This document shows, in pieces, positions 53,171 to 64,000 of a stretch of DNA of 64,000 nt. The notes beneath the pieces were generated by a model. That model worked only from the letters and a program-made list of their open reading frames with translations, made no database searches and had not been told where the DNA came from. The stretch is taken from contig OZ024741.1 of NCBI GenBank assembly GCA_964016885.1, positions 294,376,001 through 294,440,000 on the forward strand. Direction: 5' to 3'. This DNA is from Eledone cirrhosa (lineage: Eukaryota). The translations under genes were made by a program, and so were the position numbers. Numbering within the stretch: position 1 is the first letter of the stretch; each line of letters starts with the position of its first letter.

Positions 53171-53205
53171 TTTTGATGAAAGGCTTGTGTCTGAAACGTT
53201 AAAAC
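53171..53205 (+). ncRNA. Minimal hammerhead-like motif (palindromic stem III AACGTT) in a PLE-terminus-like repeat
   Basis: TTT-TGATGA-AAGGC.TTGT.GTCT-GAAACGTT-AAAA; C3 replaced by T. Confidence 0.45.
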
Positions 53206-53407
53206 TCATTTTCTACTATATCAAGAGTAATACTTACATATTTCTTCGTTGTACCATGTCATTTGCTTTGTTATTTCTGTTTACTTTTTGCATATTTATC
53301 TATTGATTTATATATATATATATATGTGTGTGCTTGTGTATGTGTGTGTGTATTAAGAGAGTTAAAATTAGTTACACAACAAATTAACAAAGCATACATA
53401 AGGACAT

Positions 53408-53490
53408 GTGTTTCACCTGAAGAATTCTTCAATATGAGTTGAAGAATAGTTCGGGTGAAACACTAATACTCTCCCATTTTTTCACTACTA
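53408..53490. repeat. Short hairpin with a hammerhead-like right arm plus tail
   Basis: GTGTTTCACCTGAA...TTCGGGTGAAACAC; right arm GAG-TTGAAGA...GAAAC...CTC. Confidence 0.55.
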
Positions 53491-53665
53491 TATTTATTTT
53501 TATATATACATACATATATATCTATCTATATATATATATACATACATACATTATATATATATATATATGCCGAGGTTGACTTTGCCTTTCATCCTTACAG
53601 GGTCGATAAAATAAAGTACCAGTAATGCACTGGGTAATTGCTGGCCTTGTGCCTAAAGTAGAAAC

Positions 53666-53695
<30 letters not shown>

Positions 53696-53700
<5 letters not shown>

Positions 53701-54162
53701 GCAGGGCAATGAAAATTGATGGAAGCTACGGAGTGGGTAGACAAAGAAAAACCTGGGACGAGGTGATAAAAACTGACCTTGCTCACTTACACCTCTCTAA
53801 GACAATGACAGTGGATCGAGATCTTTGGTGCCATGCTGTTGTACAGAAGACCCGACTGCCATTGCATACAAACCGACTGTTAGTAGGCACCTTTTATGTA
53901 CACCCCACACACCCTACCCCATCCTCCCTTTCCCATTCCGCCCAATGTGTCGATGACACAACAATCCACACTGTAAAGTGGCCATGTAGGAGACACGGTA
54001 AATGCGGTTGGTGTTAGGAAGGGCATCCAGCTTTAAAAAATCTGTGAGAGACACTTCCGTACAAGTGAGACACGGTCTCCCAACCATTCCCGCATCAAAT
54101 GGAACAAAACCGTCTAACCCATGCTAGCATGGAAGATAGACGTTAAGTGATGATGATGATGA
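53696..54162 (+). mobile_element. RTE LINE 3' fragment, preceded by a SINE A fragment (53568-53670)
   Basis: KCRAMKIDGSYGVGRQRKTWDEVIK..., (GAT)n tail. Confidence 0.9.
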
Positions 54163-54869
54163 TATACGTATCGAGTGCTCACTCGGGTGAACCTACAATA
54201 AATGCATGTTACATTCCCTAGATATATATATGTGTATGTGTGTGTGTGTTGGGCTTCCAATCAGTTTCTGTTCTGAAACTTTTTTATCTATAGGTTTAGG
54301 ATAGATTCAAACTAAGAAAGTATGTAGTTACAAAGTAAACTTCTTATAAATCACATATCTATGCCTGCCTCTAGCACTTATACTTTGAGAGCAAACACCA
54401 ATTACAGAACAAGTGGTAATAGATATAATGAGCTGTTCATTTACACGCATGGTGATTTGTATACAAATTAAGACATAATTATCTTCACTCTGAGTAAAAA
54501 AATAAGTTTTTGTTTGTTGTACTTTTAAACAATAATCCCATTTGCCTCATATATTTTCAATTAACTTTGCCAATATAATTAACTTTGAACAAGAAGACTG
54601 CAATACAATGCAATGCGAGTTGTGTAGCTCTGTGTCAAAGATTCTGTTAAAAGTTGTGAGCAGTTGGATGTTTGAATTTTTGCCTGGGGTTTGACAACAA
54701 CATAGTATGACTATTATCCCTGAGATTAGTGGTTAGAGAGAAAATTATGATATTTCATTTAAAAATCTTTATGGTGGTGTAATAAATTGTAACCATGGAA
54801 CAAACTATCGTATACCTTTGGATATTTCTGCCTCACTCTCCCCCCCCCCCCTCTCTATATATATATAAA

Positions 54870-55103
54870 AGTAGAACACTGGTGAGTTATATTCGTAGTA
54901 GTAGAGCACTCAGTCCATGGGACGAGATTTGTAGAAATAGTTCCACAACAGTTAGCTCACCATACCGAGAACAAATGTTGCACCTTATTCGGATCCTCAG
55001 CTCGGTTTTTCCTTTTCCATACAACTTCATTTAGACAGAGCTAAGGATCCAAATAAGATGAAACATTTATTCTTGGTATGGTGAACTAACTGTTGTGGAA
55101 CTA

Positions 55104-55108
<5 letters not shown>
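54870..55108. mobile_element. Older PLE pseudo-LTR hairpin (two inverted, partly decayed hammerheads) plus tail
   Basis: Same tail (AGTAGAACACTGG...CAGTCCATGGGACGAG) and architecture as 35361-35574. Confidence 0.82.
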
Positions 55109-55136
<28 letters not shown>

Positions 55137-55140
<4 letters not shown>

Positions 55141-57229
55141 ATTTATACGAACTGAATTACTCCCTGTAGAACATTCAAACTCCCTCCAACCATGTTTACC
55201 AAAAGCTCCCCCTACAAAAAGCGGAAGATGTCGTCAGATGCTTAAGATGGCGAGACCTAGCTTTCGACGGCAAAATTACAGGCACAAACAACACCTTCAA
55301 CCTGAAATCGAGAGCCTACCCTCCTAAGGTAACCGAACTTGCTCCTTTCGAGACGGACCTTCTTGACTTAGTCGTTAACATTTCCTTTCGCAAACACACT
55401 AACACCTTTCAAACGAAACTCAGAAACGATATTAAGAAATGTAGGTCTTCTAATAACACCTTCGTCCTTTCCGACAAAACTAATAATATTTACGAAGTCG
55501 ACAACACCACTTTCCGCCACCTGGCCCATAACGCTATTACTTCTAAATATAAGAAAGCTAACCCTATGGCCTACCACGACATTAACACAGAAGCCAAGGA
55601 ACTCGCCACCGACCTTAAGGTAGATAAGAAGCTACAATCTCTAGCTAAGCGGGAGGAATTCCTCACCCTGAAAGATCACAGGGTAGACTTTACTTCTAAC
55701 CCCACATGTAGACTAATAAACCCAGCACGCACAGATATGGGACTAGTCAGTAAGGCCATACTTAGAAACATAGTTAAGACCATTAGGACCAAGTCCAACC
55801 TGCCCCAGTGGGAGAACAGCGACTCCGTAATTAAGTGGTTTAACTCCTTAAAATCCAAAAAAGCGAAGTTCACACAGTTTGACATTGTCGATTTTTACCC
55901 GTCGATCTCAGAGACCCTGTTAAACAAAGCGCTGGACTTCACTACCACTTATACCATCGTCGATGGTTTAGACAGGGAAATCATCGTTCACTGCCGGAAA
56001 ACCCTCCTCTTCAACGACGGAGTAGCCTGGGCAAAGAAGTCTACATCTTCAGACCTGTTCGACGTCTCCATGGGATCGTTTGACAGTGCTGACGTATGCG
56101 ACTTGGTTGGCCTTTTTATCTTAGACATATTACGTGTTAGATTTCCGGACTTCCACACGGGAATATACCGTGACGATGGACTGACTTTATCGAGCCATAA
56201 AAGTGGTCACGACCTCGACCGGTTTAAAAAAGACTTAGCTTCTACCTTCAATGAGTTAGGCCTTAGGATAACAGTAGCCACCAACCTCTCTAGCATAGAT
56301 TTCTCAGACATTAATTTAGACCTTCGCACACACACCCACAGACCCTTCCATAAGCTAAACGAGAAACTTAATTACATTCACAAGGACTCATGCCACCCTC
56401 CCACTGTTTTTAGAAACTTCGTTAAGAATATCAGTACTAGAATCTCAAACCTTTCCTCTAATAAGGCTATCTTTGACAAGGCGGCACCCTACTATAACAC
56501 AGCGTTGGCTAACAGCGGCTTCTCACAACCTATCACCTACTCTCCCACTAGCAACACCACCATTAAGAAAAGTAAGCGCATCAATAGACAAACTATCTGG
56601 TTCTCTCCTCCCTTCTCACTCAACGTTAAAACCAATGTAGGAAAAAAATGTCTAGCCCTCTTATATAGACACTTCCCCATAGGTCATAAATACCGCTCCA
56701 TCTTTAACCGACACAAAGTTAAACTAGGATATTCCTGCGCTAAGAACATGAAGGCCCACATCACCAGCAGCCCTAGGAGCACCACCCACCAGGGTGCTCT
56801 TGCCGTAAGCCTGAAGCTTGCCCCCTTCAACAACAATGCAACACACCAGCTGTGGTCACTTCCAACCGACCAAACGAACCACAGGAGGTCAAACCCTATG
56901 TGGGCATGGCGGAGGGCCGATTCAAGGAGCGTTTCCTGAACCACCAGTCTACCTTCAGATACCCGGACAGACGTTCATCCACGAAACTCACGAGCCACGT
57001 ATGGTCCCTCAAGGACTCAAGTATAGGGTACTCCATTCAATGGAAAGCCATCACTAAGTCCAAGCCATACGCAAGGGGAAATCCGACGTCGGGCTTATGT
57101 ATTGACGAACGAATAACTATCCTAAAGAGATTACGCAATAGTGATTGCCTAAACACGAGAAGTGAATTTTTCACACGTTGTCCACACGTCACCAAACATC
57201 TATTGCATAACTACAAGGCTCCGGACTGA
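55137..57229 (+). pseudogene. Disabled PLE RT-GIY-YIG ORF
   Basis: ATG at 55137 is in frame with ORF 55566..; TAG at 55167-55169 (YSL*NI); frameshifts or deletion at ~56760-56860 in the linker and GIY motif. Confidence 0.85.
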
Positions 57230-57400
57230 TTCTTTGTAATTTTATTTTTAATTTTTTTATTTTATTTTCAACCAAAAAACTTTCCGGACTTTCGCAGTTA
57301 TCTCCCTTACACCTCCCGCACGCAGTCTAGTATTGCCTGTGTGAAGTGACCGAGTTTCTGCGCATGCGCGTTCGTACGGTTGTCCTTCCTGTTCCTATAA

Positions 57401-57456
57401 CCATACACATCCCGAGCTGAAGATCCGCGAAGGTGAAACAATTGTTCTCGGTATGG
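57401..57456 (+). ncRNA. Type I hammerhead ribozyme with palindromic stem III
   Basis: Stem I CCGAG/CTCGG (extended by CCATA/TATGG); CTGAAGA (57417-57423); stem II T-CC-GCGAA-GG-T; GAAA (57435-57438); stem III ACAATTGT; predicted cleavage GUU after 57446. Confidence 0.8.
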
Positions 57457-57479
57457 TGAACTAACTGTTGTGTAACCAC

Positions 57480-57520
<41 letters not shown>

Positions 57521-57759
57521 ATATATATATATATATATATAATAAACATATATATATATATTAGATATATATATATATATATATATTGTTATACTTGGGG
57601 AGGATCATATTTGTGTAATATTGCCAGAATTAATAACAGAACACACTCACTGTTTGGTTGGTTTTCGCTTTTCGCTTCTGTGTCTTTTATATACAAATAT
57701 AACAATATTTGTTTCGACACACGATTTCATATTAAAAACCTCTCAAAACTAATTCATCG

Positions 57760-57948
57760 CCGTTGTGGATTGGCAGTATCGGTAGAGGGTTGGACGCCAT
57801 GCTTTCCAGCATAGTTACGTCCCTTTACGATCTGAGTTCAAATCCCGCCGAGGTTGACTTTGCCTTTCATCCTTACGGGGTCGATAAAATAAAGTACCAG
57901 TAATGTACTGGGTAATTGCTGGCCTTGTGCCTAAAGTAGAAACAGTTA
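57760..57948 (+). mobile_element. tRNA-derived SINE, family A
   Basis: Full-length copy. Confidence 0.9.
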
Positions 57949-58539
57949 TATATATATATATTATATAGTGAGAGTCTCAGTGTAAATCGGGAGGTGACCA
58001 CTGTTAAAAAGCATATTCAGTATGTTAGTAGATTATAGGGATATTCATTTTATTATAGAAATGACTTCTACAGGACTAGAACTGTTTCATTCATAAGAAA
58101 TCATCAGGAAAGTCTCTCCTACCTGGAGATCCCAAAACTGTTGGTTTCCACCATGACAATTTTTTAATGAAGGGCTGGAAGAAAGCTTATAACCACATCC
58201 CTCTCTCTTAACAGAAAAGTATGAAAAATGTTTTGAATGTTTGTTTTTGTGAGGTAAAATTAGATTTTCTCTTTATTTGAAAGAATATGAAGAAAATAGT
58301 GCAAATGAGAGGTGTCAATTACCTCAGAATGAGAAAAAAAAAAAGAATAGATTTTTATAGATTCTATAAATATAATGACTGTCTTCATCCGATGAAGAAA
58401 TATAGAACAATCACCAATGTCTAGTGTTTAGTAAAATCTTTAGAATTTTGCACTTCACTGAATCTTCAAAACATTGGAGATGTTTGTCATGGTTTCCTCA
58501 TTTTTGAAGATTTAAATCATCATTGGGTTGTTTGCAGTT

Positions 58540-59450
58540 AGTCTAGCATTGTAACCATGGTTACAACCATTATGATTATATTTTTATTAGTTATGTTATA
58601 TGAGTAGAGGTGTAGTATTGCTGTATCCACAGACAAACATTATCATAATTTCACTGTTTTATGAGTAGAAGTGTAAACATCACTGTAACCACTGCAACAG
58701 CTATTATTAGATGATATATGAGTGGGGCATGACATTATTGTAACCACTGCCACATATATTATTATATTATTAGCTGCTATGTAAACAGAGATGTAGCAAA
58801 TTTGTAACCACTGTCACAGTAATTATTATTATTAACTGTCATGTGAAGGCGGTGGATTGGCAGTATCGGTAGAGGGTCGGAGGCCATGCTTTACAGCATA
58901 GAGTTACGACCCATTATGGTCTGAGTTCAAATCCTGCCGAGGTTGCCTTTCATCCTTACGGGGGTCGATAAAATAAAGTACGAGTCACGCACTGGGGTCG
59001 ATTTAATCAACTTCCCCTTCTCCCCCAAATTGCTGGCCCTGTGCCTATATAAGAAACCATTATTAACTGTCATGTAAATAGGGACCTGACAGCATTGTAA
59101 CCACTGTCACAGTAATTATGGCGAGTTCAAATCCCACTGAGGTTACCTTTCACCCTTACGGGGCCTATAAAATAGAGCACCAATAACACACTGGGTAATT
59201 GCTGGACTTGTGCCAAAAGTAGTAACAATTATTATTAGCTGTTATAAATAGGGATGTAACAACATTGTAACCGCTGTCACAGAAAATAATTATTATTAAC
59301 TGTTATGTAAATAGGGATGTGACAGTATTGTAACCACTGTCACAGAAATTATTATTATTATTTCTAGCTGTTATGTAAATAGGGATGTGACAACGTTGTA
59401 ACCACTGTCACATATTACTATCTGTTATGTAACCACTGCTATAGAAATTA
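58540..59450. repeat. Minisatellite, ~60-bp unit (CATTGTAACCACTGTCACAG.AATTATTATTAGCTGTTATGTAAATAGGGATGT)
   Basis: About 10 diverging units, interrupted by SINEs at 58846-59062 and 59122-59232. Confidence 0.85.
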
Positions 59451-60070
59451 CTAGCAGATTTAGCCCACGTTGCTCGGGGTTTGAAATTATGCTAAGAATA
59501 TACAGCTAGGAAGTAAAAGAAGAACATTATTTGTCCCCAACCTGTCAAAATAAGCAGAAGTCTTCAATAATTAATGCAAACGAATATTTAGTGCAATCTT
59601 TATACACATAAGACTATGCTGATAATGAAGGAAAACACTGAACAGGATGTAGTTATACAAATGATTAAAGACAATACATGTTGCAAATCTGTAAAAAAAA
59701 AAGGTAGTTTTGCTAAAGTACAAAAAGTTTTAATGAAAGCAGAGTTGTATACAAACGATAATATTATTGATTTATCTTCAAATGAATGTGATGTTTATAT
59801 TTCTGAAAAGTTGGTTATCTCCCTTTTTATAAGGATTGTCAATAAAGTTGGTTATCTCCCTTACATCAATTTTGCTACCGATAATTTTGATATCGATTTT
59901 TTATTCCTCAACGTGGGTCGATTTGAAAAATGTTTGTGATGTGACAATCTTAGCGACCTGTGCAACGTGCACAGAAAATTTGGTCAAATTCAGTTGGTAA
60001 TTGTAAAAGCCTTAAGTATGCAAAGTTGTACACAGACACACACACATCCTCGCTTTTATATATATAAAGA
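59451..60070 (-). mobile_element. Non-autonomous Helitron
   Basis: Minus strand starts TCTTTATATATATAAAAG and ends with hairpin CCCGAGCAACGTGGG then CTGCTAG. Inserted between A and T with no target site duplication. Confidence 0.8.
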
Positions 60071-60084
60071 TTATCGTTAGTTGT

Positions 60085-60672
60085 GTAACTTTGCCTTTCA
60101 TCCTTACGGGGTCAATAAAATAAAGTACCAGTAATGCACTAGATAATTGCTGGCCTTGTGCCAAAAGTAGAAACAATTATTATTATTATTATTATTATTA
60201 ATCAAGGGCGGTGGATTGGTAGAGAGGGGGACGCCATGCTTTGCAGCATAGAGTTACGGCCTTTTATGGTCTGTGTTCAAATCCCGCCGAGGTTAACTTT
60301 GCCTTTCATCCTTACGGGGTCGATAAAATAAAGTACTGGGGTCAATTTCATCGACTTTTCCCTCCCCCCAAAATTGTTGGCCTTGTGCCTATAAAAGAAA
60401 CCATTATTAATCAAGGGCGGTGGATTGGCAGTATCGGTAGAGGGGGGGGGGGCCATGCTTTGCAGCATAGAGTTACGGTCTTTTATGGTCTGAGTTCAAA
60501 TCCCGCCGAGGTTAACTTTGCCTTTCATCCTTACGGGGTCGATAAAATAAAGTACCAGTAATGCACTGGATTAATTGCTGGCCTTGTGCCAAAAGTAGAA
60601 ACAATTATTATTATTAATCAACTTCCCCCTTACCTTCAAATTGCTAGCCTTGTGCCAAAAGTAGAAATTATT
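60085..60672 (+). mobile_element. Head-to-tail stack of 3-4 family A SINEs
   Basis: Copies at ~60085-60180, 60206-60405 and 60416-60607; ATTATTAATCAA repeated at the junctions. Confidence 0.9.
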
Positions 60673-60713
60673 ATTGTCATTATTATTTGAAACATCCTTT
60701 GAATTCTGCTTAC

Positions 60714-60746
60714 TTCACATATCGTGCCATGTGTCAACCTGAGTCC
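60714..60746 (-). CDS. Weak candidate 33-nt exon (GLRLTHGTICE, phase 0-0)
   Basis: Acceptor ttttgcctcAG, donor GTAAGC, one open frame. Confidence 0.2.
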
Positions 60747-61174
60747 CTGAGGCAAAATTTGGTAATACACACATTTTACAATCAATACTTATACAAATAA
60801 TGTCATAAAGGCATAAACAACAGTAAATGTCTTTGCAAGGTATTCAAATTGATAATGCCTTTCTTAGGACATGGACAGTGCCAGTCTGCACTATTTTCTG
60901 TATCTCTTGCAGAGATTATTTTCCAGATATCTGGTCCAAATATTTTTCAGTTCATTTTTTATCATTCCAAGTGCACCAACTATCACTGGTATTTGTTAAT
61001 TAGTCCTCCCTCAGGATTAATCTTAATTCATGGTTTAGTCAAGTAGACCACATCCAATGGTCTTAGGAGTTTAAAGTATAAAGGTGTTGATGATATTGTA
61101 TCTCTATAATCAGTCTTCTAGTGTTGGTCAGAGTCTTTAGTTCCCAAGCCTCCTTCTTCTTTGCCTTTTTATTC

Positions 61175-61510
61175 CTGAGTGGGTCGTGGGGGCAGAGGCC
61201 TCAAACACTCCTTCCAGTGGGTCCTGTCAAAAGCAACTATTTCCAACTAACCCAGCTAGGTCTCCAAGCGAGACCAGCCAAGCTTATGGCTGTTATCCAA
61301 CCATCTTGTTCGGGGTCTACCCCTGGATCTCCTGCCAATTGGTTTTGCTCATAAAATTTCTCCAGCAATTCTTTCCTGAGATATTCTAATCAGATACCCA
61401 TAGTACCGGAGTTGTGATCTCTCAATTCAGAGAAGTAGCAGCTCTACCGGGAGCAACTCTCTGATCTATGTGCTACGCACTCTATTCAGTAACTTTAGTC
61501 CAACCACTTA
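61175..61510 (-). mobile_element. Degenerate Expander/Rex3-like RTE 3' fragment
   Basis: Homologous to 770-1050 and 8190-8620. Confidence 0.65.
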
Positions 61511-62434
61511 AATGTTATTTCCATGAGGTGGTCATTCAACTGAACAAACATCTGAATGTTTATCATTAAAATTGACTAAGGAATTTTACCTTAAATTCCT
61601 GAGTACTGTTCTAAACAACAACTCTTTCAAATAAAAGATAGACATGAGCCAATGAAGAAACCTCTATATTGTCACTAGACCTGCAAGAAATAGCAGTCAA
61701 ATATCTCTGAAGTCATGACTTATAATATCAAAAAAGAACTGGTACACTGAATGATGTAGTCCTAGATACAATCTTCCTAAAAACAAGGAAAGTCTGTCAT
61801 AGCTAGAAAGCTTTTTATCATATGTTTGGCCAACCAGCGTTAGCCTGGTTGAAACAACAACAAAAGAAAAAAAGCACAGTGGATAATGCAGTCCTAGATA
61901 CACGATGTATGAAAAAGAAACAAAAAACAAATGACACGTTCCTCAACTGAATAAATTTGAACATAAGTCTGCTTGAAGGAGAAGGCCCTGAATATATAAT
62001 AGCTTATTCTGATAATACTAGTACCAAAATCCTATCATCCTACCCATGGGGAAATTGAACTCACTTCTACTAAATACCATGGAAACTGGAGTGAAGTAGA
62101 AGCCATATTGATTTTTTAGATTTATGAAAAGGTTAACTTATATGTCTGTATGTTTGTTAGTCATAATTTCAGTTTATCTATTTATTAATCTTTTTTATGA
62201 TCTTCTCAGTATAACTGGCAGTCTATCTGTCTGTCTAGCTGTCTTTATATATAAATATCCTTCTCTGCCACTGTCTATCTCTGTCTTTCAGTCTTTCTCT
62301 CTATCGATGAAATTATCAATCAACCTTACCCACCACCCTTTATATACATGTGTGTGTGTGTGTATATTTAAGTATATATAGATATAAAACACCTACACAT
62401 ATTCATATATATGTATACATATATGTAATGATAT

Positions 62435-63100
62435 ATTTGGTTTAGTGAGAGAGGGGGATTGTGAGAGAGAGTGAGGCATGTAGAGAGATATAGAGAGGAG
62501 AGCAGGAGAGAATTTGGTGGTCTAGTGAGAGTAGTGGAATTGTGAGAGAGAGTGATGTATATAGTGGGATATAGAGAGCGGGAGGGAATTTGTTGATTTA
62601 GTGAGAGGGTATAGTCAGAGTGAGAATCAGTGAGGTATGCAGTCGACTACAGAGAGGGGAAGAGAATTTGGTGGTCAAGGGAGAGAGTGGGAATTGTGAG
62701 AGAGAGTGAGGTATGCAGTGGAATATGGAGAGGGGAAGTGAATTTGATGGTCAAGTGAGAGAGGAGGAATTATGTGAGGGAAATTGAGTGAGGTATGTAA
62801 TGGAATATAGAGAGGGTGAGAGAATTTGGTGGTCTAGTGAGAAAGGGGAATTGTGAGAGAGAGTCTGGTATGTAGTGGAATATAAAGAGCGGGAGAGAGT
62901 TTGGTGGAGGTTTTTTGTGTGAGAGAGTGAATTCTGAGAATGTTTGGGAGTGAGATATGTAGTGGTATATAGGGAAGGGGAGAGATTTGTGGTTTAGTGA
63001 AAGAGTGACGTATGTAGTTGGATATAGAAAGAGGGAGAGAGTTGGACCCGTCCCACCTTTGCAAGCAGGGAAAAGTGGCCATAAAATGATGATGATGATG
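62435..63100 (+). repeat. Purine-rich ~76-bp tandem repeat (~8 units) ending in an RTE 3' tail
   Basis: Unit TTTGGTGGTCTAGTGAGAG...GAATTGTGAGAGAGAGTGAGGTATGTAGTGGAATATAGAGAG; terminus GACCCGTCCCACCTTTGCAAGCAGGGAAAAG..(GAT)n. Confidence 0.8.
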
Positions 63101-63182
63101 ACACACACATAACAAATACACACACACTTAAAAAGCTTTCTTATTTAGCAGGAAATATTCGCTACTTTCTCACAAGCATTAT

Positions 63183-63368
63183 CGGATTGGCAGTATCGGT
63201 AGAGGGTTGGATGCCATGCTTTGACGCATAGAGTTACGGCCCTTGCCATTCTGAATTCAAATCCAGCCAAGGTTAACTTTGCCTTTCATCCTTACGGGGT
63301 CGATAAAATAAAGTACCAGTAATACACTGGGTATTTGCTGGCCTTGTGCCAAAAGTAGAAACAATTAT
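63183..63368 (+). mobile_element. tRNA-derived SINE, family A
   Basis: Near full-length copy. Confidence 0.9.
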
Positions 63369-63649
63369 CTTTCTTTCTATCTTTCTCTCTCTATTTATAA
63401 AGGTACCCGGCAAAACCCTGTATCTCGGGAACCCATGCTCCGATTTACTCGAAACTTGTTTTATTCCATTTATATTCCCATTTCAGGGGTAACCTCCTCC
63501 TTTCAAAGTATTTTTCTATTATGCGCAGTTTTGGCTCACAATGACAGAATATAAATATTTATACATATGTGAGATATATGACTCTCCTTCAAATATATTG
63601 ATATCTATCTATCAATATGTATTTGTGTGTGTGCACGTAATTGCGTGTT

Positions 63650-63704
<55 letters not shown>

Positions 63705-64000
63705 AAAAGAATGAAACGAAATTTCCATTCTCACTCTTAGTACGGCTGATACTTAAATGTAAGTATGTATGTATGTATACGTACATACATATATGTATAC
63801 AGACGTACAGTAATATGTATATATATACATACATGCACACATATATATATGTACGTATTTACCGAACATTTATTATTATGTTCGTTTTTTTTGTAAACAA
63901 ACAGCCCGAATTACGCCGTACAGTGTTCAGGCAACCATCGTCGCCTTTTTGTTCAACACTGACATAATTCTACAAATTTCATACGTGTGCATATAACGGC

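Larger units (their letters stand above)
55137..57484 (+). mobile_element. Full-length-ORF Penelope-like element (Nematis-like, C-terminal GIY-YIG) in (TA)n
   Basis: RT motifs TLKDH..CRLINP, QFDIVDFYPSI, SMGS, IYRDDGL; linker CSCRKPEACPLQQQC; endonuclease PYVGMAEGRFKERFLNH..LNTRSEF..CPH; 3' hammerhead. Confidence 0.92.

Noticed and set aside
55137-57229. Selenoprotein-type (Naiad) PLE or programmed read-through
   Set aside because: The endonuclease is C-terminal, the internal stop is TAG at a probable Lys codon rather than TGA at Cys, and no SECIS could be supported.
58540-59450. Regularly spaced GTAACCACTGTCAC repeats as a CRISPR-like array
   Set aside because: The spacers are themselves homologous (a tandem minisatellite), there are no cas genes, and the context is eukaryotic.
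59616-59939. 107-aa ORF as a captured gene
   Set aside because: It lies inside the AT-rich non-autonomous Helitron and has no recognisable domain.

Overview
Eukaryotic, AT-rich, repeat-dominated DNA. The SINE and RTE repertoire looks like octopus/cephalopod (inference). No rRNA, tRNA gene, CRISPR or prokaryotic features are supported, and most ORF-track entries are microsatellite translations or antisense shadows of reverse transcriptase (RT) ORFs. Supported content: (i) about a dozen RTE-clade LINE copies, one nearly full length (21869-25428, -), whose ORF carries a C4HC3 PHD finger inside the RT region, most of them sitting in (TA)n tracts; (ii) a full-length but disabled Penelope-like element (PLE; RT + Cys linker + GIY-YIG, Nematis-like) at 55137-57484 ending in a type I hammerhead ribozyme (HHR), plus a second PLE 3' fragment with an unusual hammerhead; (iii) a set of short 'hairpin + one-sided tail' inserts in (TA)n, several made of two inverted hammerheads; (iv) CR1, Tx1-like, R4/Dong-like and Expander-like LINE fragments, a non-autonomous Helitron, many tRNA-derived SINEs and two minisatellites; (v) one good candidate coding exon of an unidentified minus-strand host gene (46583-46717) with two RFX X-box motifs upstream. 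The most interesting signals are the PLE/hammerhead hairpin system, the hammerhead with an antisense copy of its own core in loop II, and the PHD-in-RT RTE family. Coordinates of degenerate elements are approximate, and family names come from motif recognition, not database searches.
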